From Botryllus schlosseri (Eukaryota), in the NCBI GenBank assembly GCA_051294905.1, contig CM119373.1, positions 2,048,001 through 2,112,000 of the forward strand: a DNA stretch of 64,000 nt, given 5' to 3'. The notes below the pieces were generated by a model. It did no database searches. It was not told where the DNA came from and saw nothing but the letters and a program-made list of their open reading frames with translations. Positions 13,098 through 25,119 of this stretch are shown piece after piece; within the stretch, counting starts at the first letter, position 1; each line of letters opens with the position of its first letter. The position numbers and the translations under genes are program-made.

Positions 13098-14199
13098 CGA
13101 GTCACCTTTGAAAATCAAGTGACTTGACTTGACTCGAGTCAAAATGAATTGGCAACAAAACGTTTCCATGAATCTCGACGAAGTCACAAAATCAATGTAG
13201 ATACAGGCCAATGGCACACAAAGGCAGACAAACGTTTACAGGGGATCCAAATATAAATAAGCAGTGGGACAGTATTGAATGCTTACACATCGGAATTGAA
13301 TACTATATTGTTCCACATAATTCCATCGTTAATAATTCAACGGTATGAAGTGTATGCTCGAGCAGTATAGCTAACCCGTCGCTTCCACAATTGCATGTCT
13401 TAAATTGATATTTATCCAAACTTCAAGTCAAAAATATGGATGTGCGAACCTGAATCTAGTAGCTATGAAATTCTAAATCCGATATTGATCGAATGAACCC
13501 TGCAAGATTGATATCTGAAATCGGTTCATCAAACAAACGGTATGTGCGAATTCACAATCGTAATATCGAGAATCAACATCTGTGACTTTTCAGTGTCTTC
13601 TGATGGGAGTGCAATTCTTCAAAAAATATCACAAACCATAACGTATTCTTTATTGTAGTCTTACCATAGCGGTACCCTATATAAAAAGATTGATGTGGCA
13701 ATTATACAATTCATTTTTTATGTCGAAACAATAATACACCGTGTCGACCGGCACTGATATCTTAAGCGTTTCGGCGTCGCGTGCATTCTACGTCATGGCA
13801 ATATGCCTATTCATACCAGCTGACTCTCCGTCGATGGAATGCTGATGCCTCCGTTGAAGCTATTTTCGCTATAGCGAGGAATAGTGTTGTTCAGGACAGA
13901 CGAATAAGTTTATTTAAAACTACAACAATAATAATTTGAAACTGAAATCATTTTCGCATTTCAAAATGCTTTATTCGCGTTCTTCCAAATTCACAGATCA
14001 GATCGCCGGCCGCAAAATACAACCTCGCGGGCCGCCTGTTGATGACCCCTGGTGTTGTGCAAAACGAGCAAAGCTTGATATACAGGCGTTAACCAATCTC
14101 TTTGTTATGAGACTCCATTGTGATTTGATATGAACTGAACTTTTTGCTGCATTTATTTCTCATTCAAATTTTCATTCGATTTCCAAGTTTTTCCGAATT

Positions 14200-14820
14200 C
14201 AAATTCTGATGCTAATTATAATCTAATTTGGAAAAAAGCTGTGTAGCTTTAATTCTAATTCTAATCTAATTTGGAAAAATTGTATAGCTCTAATTCTAAT
14301 TCTAATCTAATTTGGAAAAAGCTGTGTAGATGTAATTCTAATTCTATTATAATCTGGAAAAAAGCTGTGTAGATTTAATTCTAATTTTAATTTAATTTGG
14401 AAAATATGCATAGCTCTAATTATAATTCTAATATAATATGGAAAAAGCTGTGTGGATCTAATTCTAATTCTAATCTAATTTGGAAAAAGCTGTGTAGATT
14501 TAATTCTAATTTCAATCTAATTTGGAAAAATTGTATAGCTCAAATTATAATTATAATCTAATTTGGAAAAAGCTGTGTAGATCTAATTCTAATTCTAATC
14601 TAATTTGGAAATAACTGTGTTGATCTAATTCTAATTCTATTCTAATCTGAAAAAAAGCTGTGTAGCTTTATTTCTAATTTGAATCTAATTTGGAAAAATT
14701 GTATAGCTCTAATTATAATTCTAATCTAATTTGGAAAAAGCTGTGTAGATCTAATTCTAATTCTAATCTAATTTGGAAATAACTGTATAGCTCTAATTCT
14801 AATTCTAATATAATTTGTAA
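14200..14820. repeat. 41-42 bp minisatellite (CTAATTCTAATTCTAATCTAATTTGGAAAAAGCTGTGTAGAT), ~15 units
   Basis: Directly visible; shorter arrays at ~5433-5545, ~33490-33600, ~45860-45975, ~53170-53540; related variant at ~4400-4490 and ~32330-32510. Confidence 0.93.
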
Positions 14821-16296
14821 AAGCTTAAAAATTCTTAGTTGTCCAAGTAAGCGGTGTCATATAAAAGCATCAGTGGGCCTTGCAGCAAGTCAGCAGCTAC
14901 GGATTTTAAATGAAGCACATTGGCCAGGTGTAAATGACCATAGTATTCGACAAATCCCAAGATTACCTCAAAACAAACAAACAAGCGACTAAAAAGGGAG
15001 CATAAAAATACGCCAACTTCTATCGTCGTTACTGCCACTGATTTAGCGATCCATAACTGTACTCAACAGGCAAATCATCGCATTTTTGCCAATTTCATTG
15101 TTCGCGAATAAAGTCGTTGCTAGAATATAAACCCTATGATCCGTGATATGTTCTAATGTACTATTATGTATGTATATAATGATAGATAATAAAGTATTCA
15201 AGTGAAAATACGGACATGTGACAAAATCTTTAAATGAGTTGACTGATGGTCCGGCCTGTGAGAGATTTGAAGGTTTGCATCCGACCCGCGTCGCCTTTTC
15301 AGATTCACAATCCTGATCTAAGCTGAATCGCCATGACGAGATAGCATAATGGTATGATCCACGGCTGTAACACCAATTGGTTGCGGGTTCGATGCTGACC
15401 GAGGTCGACTCCAGAATTCCCAGCCAAGTGTTACAGATTTATCTAGGGCTATGCTCCTCTTTATTCACCAGATCAGCGGTAGTGGTTTCTTAAAAAAGCC
15501 TAGAAGTGGATCGTGCTATGAGTGCTCTCAATATTGCAGGCCCTGAGTATCTTCTGCACAGCGATCAATGTATATTTTTATAATTGAATGCCTCTTGGCT
15601 TTGCATTCAGGACAGTTTGTTTTACATGCAATCGAAATTTAAATCATTGGTAAAACAGAGTATATATTGCACACATTGTCTATTATAATATTTGAGATTC
15701 TATATAGTTGCTGAGTGACGTAAAGACCGAGTGAGTGTCTCACTTCGATTTCCCAAAAGTGTTTATGAATACTGGCTGAGTGCCGTAGAAACCCTATAGT
15801 ACTGTCTTTATTGAGTGATCATTAGTAAATTAGTAATCATAAAAACTGCATAACGGTATGCTTTAAAGTTGCCAAACACAGTAGACCTGCCGTCTCCGTG
15901 GATTCAATCGGACAGATTTACTTGCCGACATCCTGATGGCGACCACTTTTTGAAGGAGGAATAGATTGTTGTTATTCCAGTTAACAGAATTCAACGTCGA
16001 AATCAGCCAACACATATTTTACTCAGAGGACCGAGTTTCCAAATAATGTCAGCCAAATAGCTCATAGGTAATTTTACAAATTTCTGTTGTGTTTGAGTGT
16101 ATTCGATCAAATGAAATCTAGAACATTCTACTCGACTCGAAGATCAATTCTCGTTTCGAAATCGTATTTTCCGAGCCCTCGATTTCGCCCAGTCACAGTT
16201 GCAAGATTATGGTATTTTAAAGTCTACTGACAGTAATTTCGATTTCATTTTCGAAGCATAATAAAAGTCATTTTATCCGATATTTGATCATTTTAG

Positions 16297-16464
16297 TTGC
16301 AAAAGCTCGGAATCGTCGACAACTCAATGAAAGAAGATGGATATGAAATACTCGTTCACATTCTGAAGCTCTCAGATTGCAAGGAATTGGTGCTCCAAGA
16401 TTGTTGTCTCACCAACACCAAGTTGCAAGGAGTATTGAACGGATGTCGGGATCAAAATATCCAG
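16297..16464 (+). CDS. LRR exon copy 2 (168 nt, phase 0-0)
   Basis: tcattttAG|TTGCAA ... ATCCAG|GTGCGT; LQKLGIVDNSMKEDGYEILVHILKLSDCKELVLQDCCLTNTKLQGVLNGCRDQNIQ; no stop or indel. Confidence 0.8.
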
Positions 16465-18115
16465 GTGCGTCATCATGAACAATCCGTAATGTCCAATAAG
16501 ACATATCGTCCAACGATTCGAAATTGTTCGTCATCCTACTTCGCCTCTAATCCATGTAACATAAAATCGTTCACCATTTATTCTATCGTTTACCAATACT
16601 CGTCGGAGGTAATTCGAATACCGCAGGGGTTTAGTATTTTGCAACACAGATTACTTTGGACATTTTTAAAATTGTTGACGACGCGACAGCGTAGATATCA
16701 TCAATATAGGAATATTCATGACATAAATCTAGCCGAAAAGGCCGAAAGAGTGATAAAATTAGTTTTTAGGATTTTGGGCCGAAAATTGGGCACACTTTCA
16801 TACTTTTACGTTGCCTATAAATTAGGGTGGATAGAGCTATGTCGATTAATGATTGTCAACTTGGGAGGTCAAGAAATAACAGCATGCAACAAAGTGACTG
16901 ATAAAAATTGGCCCACAGCATGATGCACCATTATGCAAAACTTGCCCTCAGTTTTTGAAGACACCCCTTGATCAACTCTACCGGTGAATGCGATCACGGG
17001 GGCTGGAAAAGAATTAATGTTTGATAGGAATATGTGAAACTATCAACAATAATGACGAAATTCATTAGTGAATCTGAAAGTTTTTCGCACTTCGCGCGAT
17101 CATAACCGTTACCGTAACATGACCAATTGACCACTCGCGATTTCGGTGCCGGTGCGTGTAGTAAGCGAATATGAACTAATAGATAAGTCTGGAGCTCACC
17201 GGAAATGGAGATGAATCTCTTAACATCGGTATTTTGCATCCTGATAGTTCATCGCGACTATGCCATGGAATGTGGCCGCAGGCTACATGATTAATCGTAA
17301 TGCAGCCGTGAATAGGAGAAGGGTTTGCAACCACTGATTTACCCCTTGGAAATGAATTCCAGCTAAGCTTTTCATTCAAGAGAGCTTGATTCTCGTGCAC
17401 TCAAAATTCAAATAATTCATTTTTTTTCATCCCGGTGTTGAAGCATTTACAATTTACCAGCGACGTCTAAACTAGTCGACAATATGCAACAGTGTTTTAA
17501 TAATCTGGAATATGTAGGCTATTGTGCTGCATCCGGAAAATTTCTCGAGCCTTATCTTTCATTACGTGTCGCTATATATCTGGCCGCAAAACCATGTATT
17601 CCATGAAGCTCATTGTAAAATGACAGCATGTAACGAAGTTTATTTAAGCGCTGTTAACGAAACGACCGGTGGACGGTCATATTATCAGTATATATTATAG
17701 GATAATAGCCCACGTTAGAAATCTAACCACCAACGCCGACTGAGTAACGAAAATCAATTTAGTGTTTGATGTTTGACTCAAATGCACTCGGGGGCCAATT
17801 TCCAAATTTTTGACTACCCTGCGGAACACGACGTCAATATGGGTATTCAATGTATGTTCAAGTATGTCGTATTTGACGAGGTGAAATTGTACTATTGGCC
17901 GGAATAGCAGATTGAGATTCCGAAAATATAGTGAACTTATGATTTACTACTTATTTTACCAATTTACGCGTGGCACCAATGAAAACCACATACACAAATA
18001 TTTGACTAAAATTGTCGTTGTACTAGGCAGGGAGTACGCATCATTTGTCGCAATTATGAGAAATAGGCACCATAGCCGAATCTAGGTTTGGGGTACCATA
18101 TTGATAAGTATAGGC

Positions 18116-20108
18116 CAGGGGTAGGCAAACCCCGGCATTCTTTCCATTTGTGCCACGCGAAATGATTTTTCATGGCATGCCAAATGATTTCACGCAAACG
18201 ATATATTCATACCATGTTTTTGCAAAAAGTGAAACAGAAGTTTTCAAAACGTGAAATGCTCGTAAACAATCCAAAATTATTATTATTATTTCCCATTTTA
18301 CAGTGGTGCTTCTCGCCTTTTTCCGGCTATGTGCACCACGACAGGAATATTTGTAATGTTAATAAGTCTTTGCCTTTGTGTTAATCTTGGGGACGACTTC
18401 TTCATTCTTTCGCACATCCAGACGTCAGTCTTTCTCGCACCCATGCGTCCCCGTCGAGGTCTTTGCTGCCGACTTCTAGGACGGCTCACTTTCAATCTGG
18501 GCTTTTCAATGCACTGCAACTGCAGTGAGGTCGGCAATGGGTAGCCCAGAGAAACCTCCGACACATAGAGCCTGATGTGTTAATTATGTTATGGGAACCC
18601 CCAATAAATAGATAAATATATATGCATTTATAAAATGTTATAAAAATCTATGCATAGTGTACAGAAATGAGTCAACCGTATTAGCAGTTGTGAAAGAACG
18701 TCAACCGAATATCGTTTGAAAACGTTTGGATGCTTTAGTCTCGGAGTGTTATTCACTGTGTAGCCTGTGGGATTGCAACTTCTGAACCGGCATTACGACG
18801 CTGGGCATCTTCACGCTATAGAATACACGACCTAGATATAGAGTTTCGGACAACATCCGACCATGCGACTAACAGGCGGTCTATGCGTTGCCAAAATGAT
18901 TGGCGGCGATAAAACCTTGAAACAAAATAGCCGCTGCATCATGGACAAAACGTTAGACATTGATATGTCCACTGGCAAGGCGCCGATGTGACCAGCGCCG
19001 AATTGCCAGCGCCCGCAGCTTGAGCCGCACGGAAGATAATGAGCCCCGTGTCGAAATGCGAATCGTGTTCGTCTCTCGGAAGTAGAGTCTGGTGTGCACG
19101 CGATTCCATATCTTGAGCAACGACAATCTTTACCGTTCGACTGCGACCTTTGCCGACAAATCTAGTGTCAGACCGAACTTATATATATATATCGACTTTT
19201 CAATTAGATAAATAAAAATGAAAAGGGCAAAAGAAAACAGGAAACAAAATACATCAAGATAATCAGTTTTAGGCTCGTATTAAGCGTCTCCAACGTAGGC
19301 GGTCGTGGGCGTCTTCAAGCGACAGCCCGCGTTGCGCTAGGTCAGTCTCCATTGTCGAGCGCCATGTTTTCCGATTCCAGCCACCTCTGCGCCATGGCTC
19401 CGTCGGAATGTAATTGATGATGGCGGCGGCCGGTTGCTCGTCTTGATGCCGCACTAGATGGCCGATCAGGCGGAAGCGTCGTTCAGCTGCCAGTAGACGG
19501 CATGGGACCGTTCCTGTGAACTCTCGCAATGCATTCGTGGATATATGCTCCGGATGGTGAATGCCGAGTGCATAGCGGAGGAGTGCGTCATAGTTAGCGT
19601 TGAGCGTCTTAGCCAGCTTCTCTGTCAGCGTGAGTGCCTCTTCAGCGTGAGTGCCGTGAGACCGAACTTAATGTGACACCAAACCGATTTGAATGAGACT
19701 GTGGGGAGGGGGGAAACACTTTTCATCATCATCAGACCATATCATCGTAGCTACACTGATTGACCCGCCACTTACTGTATATGGTAACAAACATAGTGGA
19801 CTTGGAAACGATCCAATCAACCGCAGAAGATCGATCATTGCCCAATGGCGCGAAAAAAAATAAATTATGTAAATGTCGCGTAGGCCTACATATAAGCGAT
19901 AGGTCGGGTGCGGTAGTGTCCAAAATTCAATCCCTTCAAGACCAATCAAGAATTGCCGGCGTGACGAATGGCGTTGCCAGGTTGGTGGTATTCCTTGCTG
20001 CTTGAAACGTTAAATAATAATAAATTCAATGTTTGGCACGGAAACTAGTAAAAAATTGACATTTTTTGACATTTTGGCACGCTGCACATAAAAGGTTGCC
20101 GGCACCTG
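18116..20108. mobile_element. Non-autonomous hAT element carrying an RTE insertion
   Basis: Termini CAGGGGTAGGCAAACC / GGTTGCCGGCACCTG; TSD gtataggc / gtataagc; empty site gtataggc at 10731-10738. Confidence 0.88.
19182..19658 (-). mobile_element. 5'-truncated RTE-clade LINE
   Basis: Minus-strand frame LLRYALGIHHPEHISTNAL...RRFRLIGHLVR...WRRGG.NRKTW..TMETDL...AHDRLRWRRLI* resembles the RTE ORF C-terminus; (TA)n tail; 12-bp TSD AGACCGAACTTA (19170-19181, 19659-19670); empty site 39638-39649. Confidence 0.92.
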
Positions 20109-20439
20109 GTATAAGCTATTGATCTTGTCATTGCCCAAGTCAAAATAAAACAGCGTTGGATTTCACTTTACTGGTGTCACAGCGGTGGAGCGTGCCGCTG
20201 CGGTATTTGCCATCTTTAATCGGCTATAAAGCTATGGAATAAGGCAGTGGTTCTCAACCTTTTTGACTTCGCGGCACACTTTGAAAATGAAAAATAGTTC
20301 GCGGCACACTAGCACAGTGATTCTGAACTCTTTTGGCTTACGGCGCAGGCAAACTAACAGATTGCGTATAGCAGCAACCATATAGTCATACAGAGTTGGT
20401 CATGGTCACTGACGAAGTACTTCTACCTTTTTGGAACAC

Positions 20440-20640
20440 TCAAATAGGCTTTTCTCTGCTTGAGTTTTCTTTTATCTCTGCGGACATCTCTAAAATACGT
20501 CTTCGAATGGTATCATTTGACATGGGAATCGTTTTCGATTCTTCCCGAACATTTTTTACAATTTTATTGCAAGTTGGAAGAAGAACTTTCTCCGCTTCCG
20601 TGTGAGGTTTTGAATTATCAGCTATTACCTCTGTTACCAA
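20440..20640 (-). pseudogene. Buster/Charlie-like hAT transposase remnant
   Basis: KPHTEAEKVLLP...IPMSNDTIRRRILEMS matches the family motif KPHTIAE.LI.P...IPLS..TV.RRI..MS. Confidence 0.85.
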
Positions 20641-21788
20641 GAATACTAAAAAATAATGTCATCACTTCGGATTTTTTGTGCACAACTTACAATTTCTGTG
20701 CGCAGACCCGTGTCAGCACTGCGCGTCTGCGCACTTACACAGCTTGGAGGAACGTTGGTTACCACAAAACTGTCCCGCTGAGATCTCGTTTAAACTTCAG
20801 GTTGAGCTTAATTTCAACAGATTGGATTGACAATAAAGCCTGCCCATTACCGCATTGTCGATGTAATTAACCGTCGCATCGAAGAGTCCAATCACGATCG
20901 CCACTAACAAATACAGAGACGTAGAGGTGTATTATACATGGATGCCAAACGCATTTCCACGCAGATCGTGTAATAGCATCTGTGAGGATAATATACCTCA
21001 ATAGTGTTACTAGCACCCACCCGCAATTCAATTGTAGTTCCAACAAACCGGGATAATAAACCTCAGCGGCGGGGAAATTTGTAACTGATATAATTTGATC
21101 AAATTTACTTCTCCATTTTAGAATTTGTCGCCTGCAACATAACGTTGCACCCTGAGCCTACATTTCACCTGCAGTGCAAGCACGCTACCTAACAATCTCA
21201 ATATGAATGACTATGTTGGAAATTCTAATTGGTAAACGTGAACATCACTTCCACATAAATTCATTTCTCGATGGTGAGAATGCCTTCCTAGGTGTTTGGG
21301 GTTTATGTACGCTCCTGCTCGTCCTCCGATCTTCAAAATCAGGGTCTCACAAGAAGTGGGCCGGGCTATGAGTTGGCATCTCAGGAATCAAAATAATAAG
21401 TAATATCGGTATGGTGTAAAATGATCATCGACATGGCAAGAATACGACTACAAATAGAAACAGAAAAATGTCATCAACCTGCGTCATGTCCCTGTTCTGC
21501 CTCCGGTTCTGATGGGGGTGACGAGTAAAAGGTGAACACTTCGGCCACACGTCAATATCATAGTCCAATTGCCCGAGTTTAGTTATTCCCGTCCTAAATG
21601 CTACTATATGTGGGTAAACTAGCGTATCACACCCATTGACGGTGGAGGCCCCAGTTTGATTCATGGCAGTACAGTAGCAAGTTACGAAGCGTCGCAGATT
21701 TGTGAGATTCTCCGACACTATACGTTGCTGTGCTCAGAGCGTCTTTACAATAAAAAGCCCTGAGAAAGACCCAATCCATGACCTAATG

Positions 21789-22117
21789 CAGGGTTAGCAT
21801 ACGTCATCCTTTTTCGGGTTTTTGAAAATGTCCTCCGAGGATGCCTAAATGTCCTCCTTTATGAGATTTTGTCCTCTTGTTTGAGAATTTTCATTAAACA
21901 TAGGGCAAAATGCGACCGAGATACCATAAAATAGCACTGAACTAACACTCAGGCGGGTATTTCGGGAGATTAGCGAAAGTTGACTTTTTTCTTTAGTCAA
22001 CCGACCACGAAGTGAAAAACATATACCATTTTTTCAGGATTTTCCACCGGTATTCTTGGTTTAGAAATTTTGAAAAAAAGTGTCCTCTTATCCCGGCTCC
22101 AGAATATGGTAACCCTG
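21789..22117. mobile_element. MITE nested in 20245-22378
   Basis: TIR CAGGGTTAGCATA / TATGGTAACCCTG, internal tgtcctc motifs; direct repeat CCTAATG (21782-21788, 22118-22124). Confidence 0.8.
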
Positions 22118-23889
22118 CCTAATGGGGATGCCAGATTGATATACTAGATTGAGATACCGTAACTACGGTCGCCTTGTCAACCTTATATCTGTTCAATGCA
22201 TCGGATTGTGCATCGCGTGACTTGATCGGGCAAATTCAATAGAAAAACCAACAATGACACACTCAAAATTTGGATTTTTGTTATACTTCGACATAGTTTA
22301 CCACATTTTGCTCGCGGCACACCTGAGCAGTCCAATTGGCACACTAGTGTGCCGCGGCACACCGGTTGAGAACCACTGGATTAAGGGATCAAAGATGCAA
22401 CTGAGTGCACATTAAGGGGGCAACAGAATGCTAAATGTTGATATAACAACTTACGTCGATAGCGAAATACCATGTCACGAGCTTATCATCTAATACGATC
22501 CCCTGGTCACGCGAAAAATAATTTTTGCGTCCAGGTTATAAACATGTCACGACACTCCGAGTTACTCGGAGTCGACTCGAGTCATTTTCACTTTTTATCA
22601 CCGAGTCATTCTGACTAATTCAGCGAAAGGTCGCCTCCAACTCCAAGTCACATTTTTCAGTCTCGAATCATATACGGTTCATGTTTTATCATCAAGATTA
22701 GAATATTCTATGTAATAGCAGATCTTCCACCGCATAGTAGCGTTTGAAAGTGATGCCATATAGCGAACTTTAATCAGTAGTTGTATGTTTTTTTGGCAAA
22801 TTTAAATGAAATGATAACTTTTCAAATCTGACAAAAAGAAACGTTGCACTGAGCTGCTTCCAAGTATCGCCTCCTTGGAAATCCAAAATTTTGACGTGGC
22901 CGAGCAAAATGTCCTTGTGGGTCGCGTGTTCGGGACACAGGCTTAGATCATACGGGTTACCACTATCAAAACTACTGCTGCACTGTAAAAAAAAAAACCT
23001 CGATTTACCGCGAAATGTTTGGAAGCACGGTAGCCAGACATTTCGTGGTAATTCAACATTACCATTAGTCAATGTAAATTTAACTTACACTCGTCCGGCA
23101 ATCTCACTTTACACGCCAGACTGTAATGTTACAGTCACCTCCAGTATATCCAATCTACATTGTATCCTGTATATTTGCCACTCAGACTGTAATTTAACCG
23201 CCTACCTACATACATGCTGTCTGTGTAAATCAGGATTACATACCAGCTTGTAAATTCACGTACATCCCATACCTATCGCAAAGCAACCCGATGCTAAAAT
23301 ATCGCAAAAGCTTCTCCACACCCCCTAACGACATTGGTACAAACTGTATATTCATTCATGATTCACGATGAGAAGATTATCGATGGAAAAGTATTGCTGC
23401 TGGAGGTCTAATTTTTCTTTAGGAGACATGCAGTAACACGAGTGGTCTCCCACCATCGGTCAACTTCCAATTGTTTCTTTTTCTCGTCCTCATTCCTTCT
23501 GTGTAGCTAGTATCTTGCAGTTCCACTAAAAAGAATACATGCGTAAGTCGCTATATTAAGCAAAGTTCCTAACCTAGACATGACATTATAAAGACTACTA
23601 AGACAAATAGGGTAACAAAAATATAACAATTTTTGAAGTACCGGTACTGGTACATTGTGTGGTGACGGCTCCGCCTTTTACATGATATAGCAGAGATTCA
23701 TGACTTACTTTATCAAATGCAGCAGGCAAGTTATAAATGATATTGCATCTTCGTGTGGGCCAATTATTATTAGTCATGCACTTTATTGCATACTGTTATT
23801 TCTTGATCCCCGATCCGAATTGTTCATCGTATCGGTAGTGGAAATATATTGAAATCGCCCAAATGTACCATAAAAAAATTTCTTTCGTG

Positions 23890-24761
23890 AGGAGCACACG
23901 ATTCTGATTCCTGCTCAGATTTAGAAGGGCGCTACTATATTAGAATCAAAAAATTAAGTTATGTTGCGTGGAGCGCGAAGAAAATTTCGAGAATAATTAA
24001 AAATTTAAAAAAAATTGGGAGTGAATTAGTAATTTCAATTTGCATGTCGACGGATGCTAACACATACTAATTGAATTAGGTGTTGACAGCCGCACAAATT
24101 CCCATTCACGGCAGTAGGTGCCCATCTCAGATCTAATAGTATACGTATGGTATGTCTTACGCCAAGTTTGAATACGTACTCCAGTCTTTAAGATTTTTGA
24201 CAAATTTCCCCAAACTTATTTGAAAATAGCAAAAAAACATTGGACAGGACATCAATTTGTTTCAAGGTCGGTTGTACTGAGACTAATCCTAATGCTGTTA
24301 GTGACTACAGGAGAACAAGGAGTCGTTCGACGTTCTGTACTACCATGCCCAATTTGATCAGTTTTGGAATTGAATTGAATTGTGTTGATATAGGGTAGCT
24401 TAATTGAGTGTGAAACCGAGCAACCTATATTGCATCCAAGTCTGTCTTACGCAGTGCAGTTCGCCATCTATTAACAACAGCTACCCAGCGCAACGAGTTT
24501 TAGGCTACTGCCAAAGCTATGAAGTAATGAATGACTTACACGTGGGAATTCCTCTAAATCTTCAACGAATATCAAAAATTTGCTTGAATGAAGTTGAACG
24601 CGACTGCTGGAGTTTGAATTTGGCGAGCTTTCTTGAATACCGGTACGAAATAAGTTTCATCTTCAACAATCGTCTTCTGAAATTGGTAACGAAACACATG
24701 TTTAGTCAGAATCCATACAGACTTAGTCAATTTCTCGCGTTCCCCAGGTTGAGAACCACTG
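23890..24761 (+). mobile_element. Diverged truncated copy of the composite hAT MITE at 180-1506
   Basis: Colinear with ~530-1506, including the nested-element end plus atctaatagtatac; ends CCAGGTTGAGAACCACTG. Start approximate. Confidence 0.8.
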
Positions 24762-25119
24762 ATATTAGGGTATTGAAGCAAAATGTTCCTCATTTGAGGT
24801 GACCAGGGTGAAGTTAGCCCTCAACGATTTGGCCCTCAAATTAAAAATTACCAACTAAGATACTTACGACAGCATGAATCCAATGGATCACCATTTTTAA
24901 AATATCGACCATGATCTGTAAATCTCAAACGCCAAACGTAGTATTTTCATGAAATCAAATCAAAGCATTGGCCTGCAACAAACCTAGAATGATAATATTT
25001 TAGGGGTTGATTATGGTGATTCAACTTTTACTAAGGCATAACCTAATATATTTCGCTTGACGAATCAAACCCGATCTGCACAGCCCTCTGGTTACTTATG
25101 CCACCATTATATTTTTTTA

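Larger units (their letters stand above)
20245..22378 (-). mobile_element. Internally deleted hAT (Buster/Charlie-type) element
   Basis: TIR CAGTGGTTCTCAACC / GGTTGAGAACCACTG, gcggcacac subterminal motifs; TSD gaataagg / gattaagg; empty site gatgaagg at 40236-40243. Confidence 0.9.

Noticed and set aside
12957..13217. VKSS/VKSL repeat ORF
   Set aside because: Translation artefact of the CTTGA microsatellite.
16297..16923. 208-aa ORF (and 199-aa ORF at 55033) as full proteins
   Set aside because: LRR similarity ends at the CAG|GTGCGT donor; the rest is intron read-through with copy-specific indels and stops.
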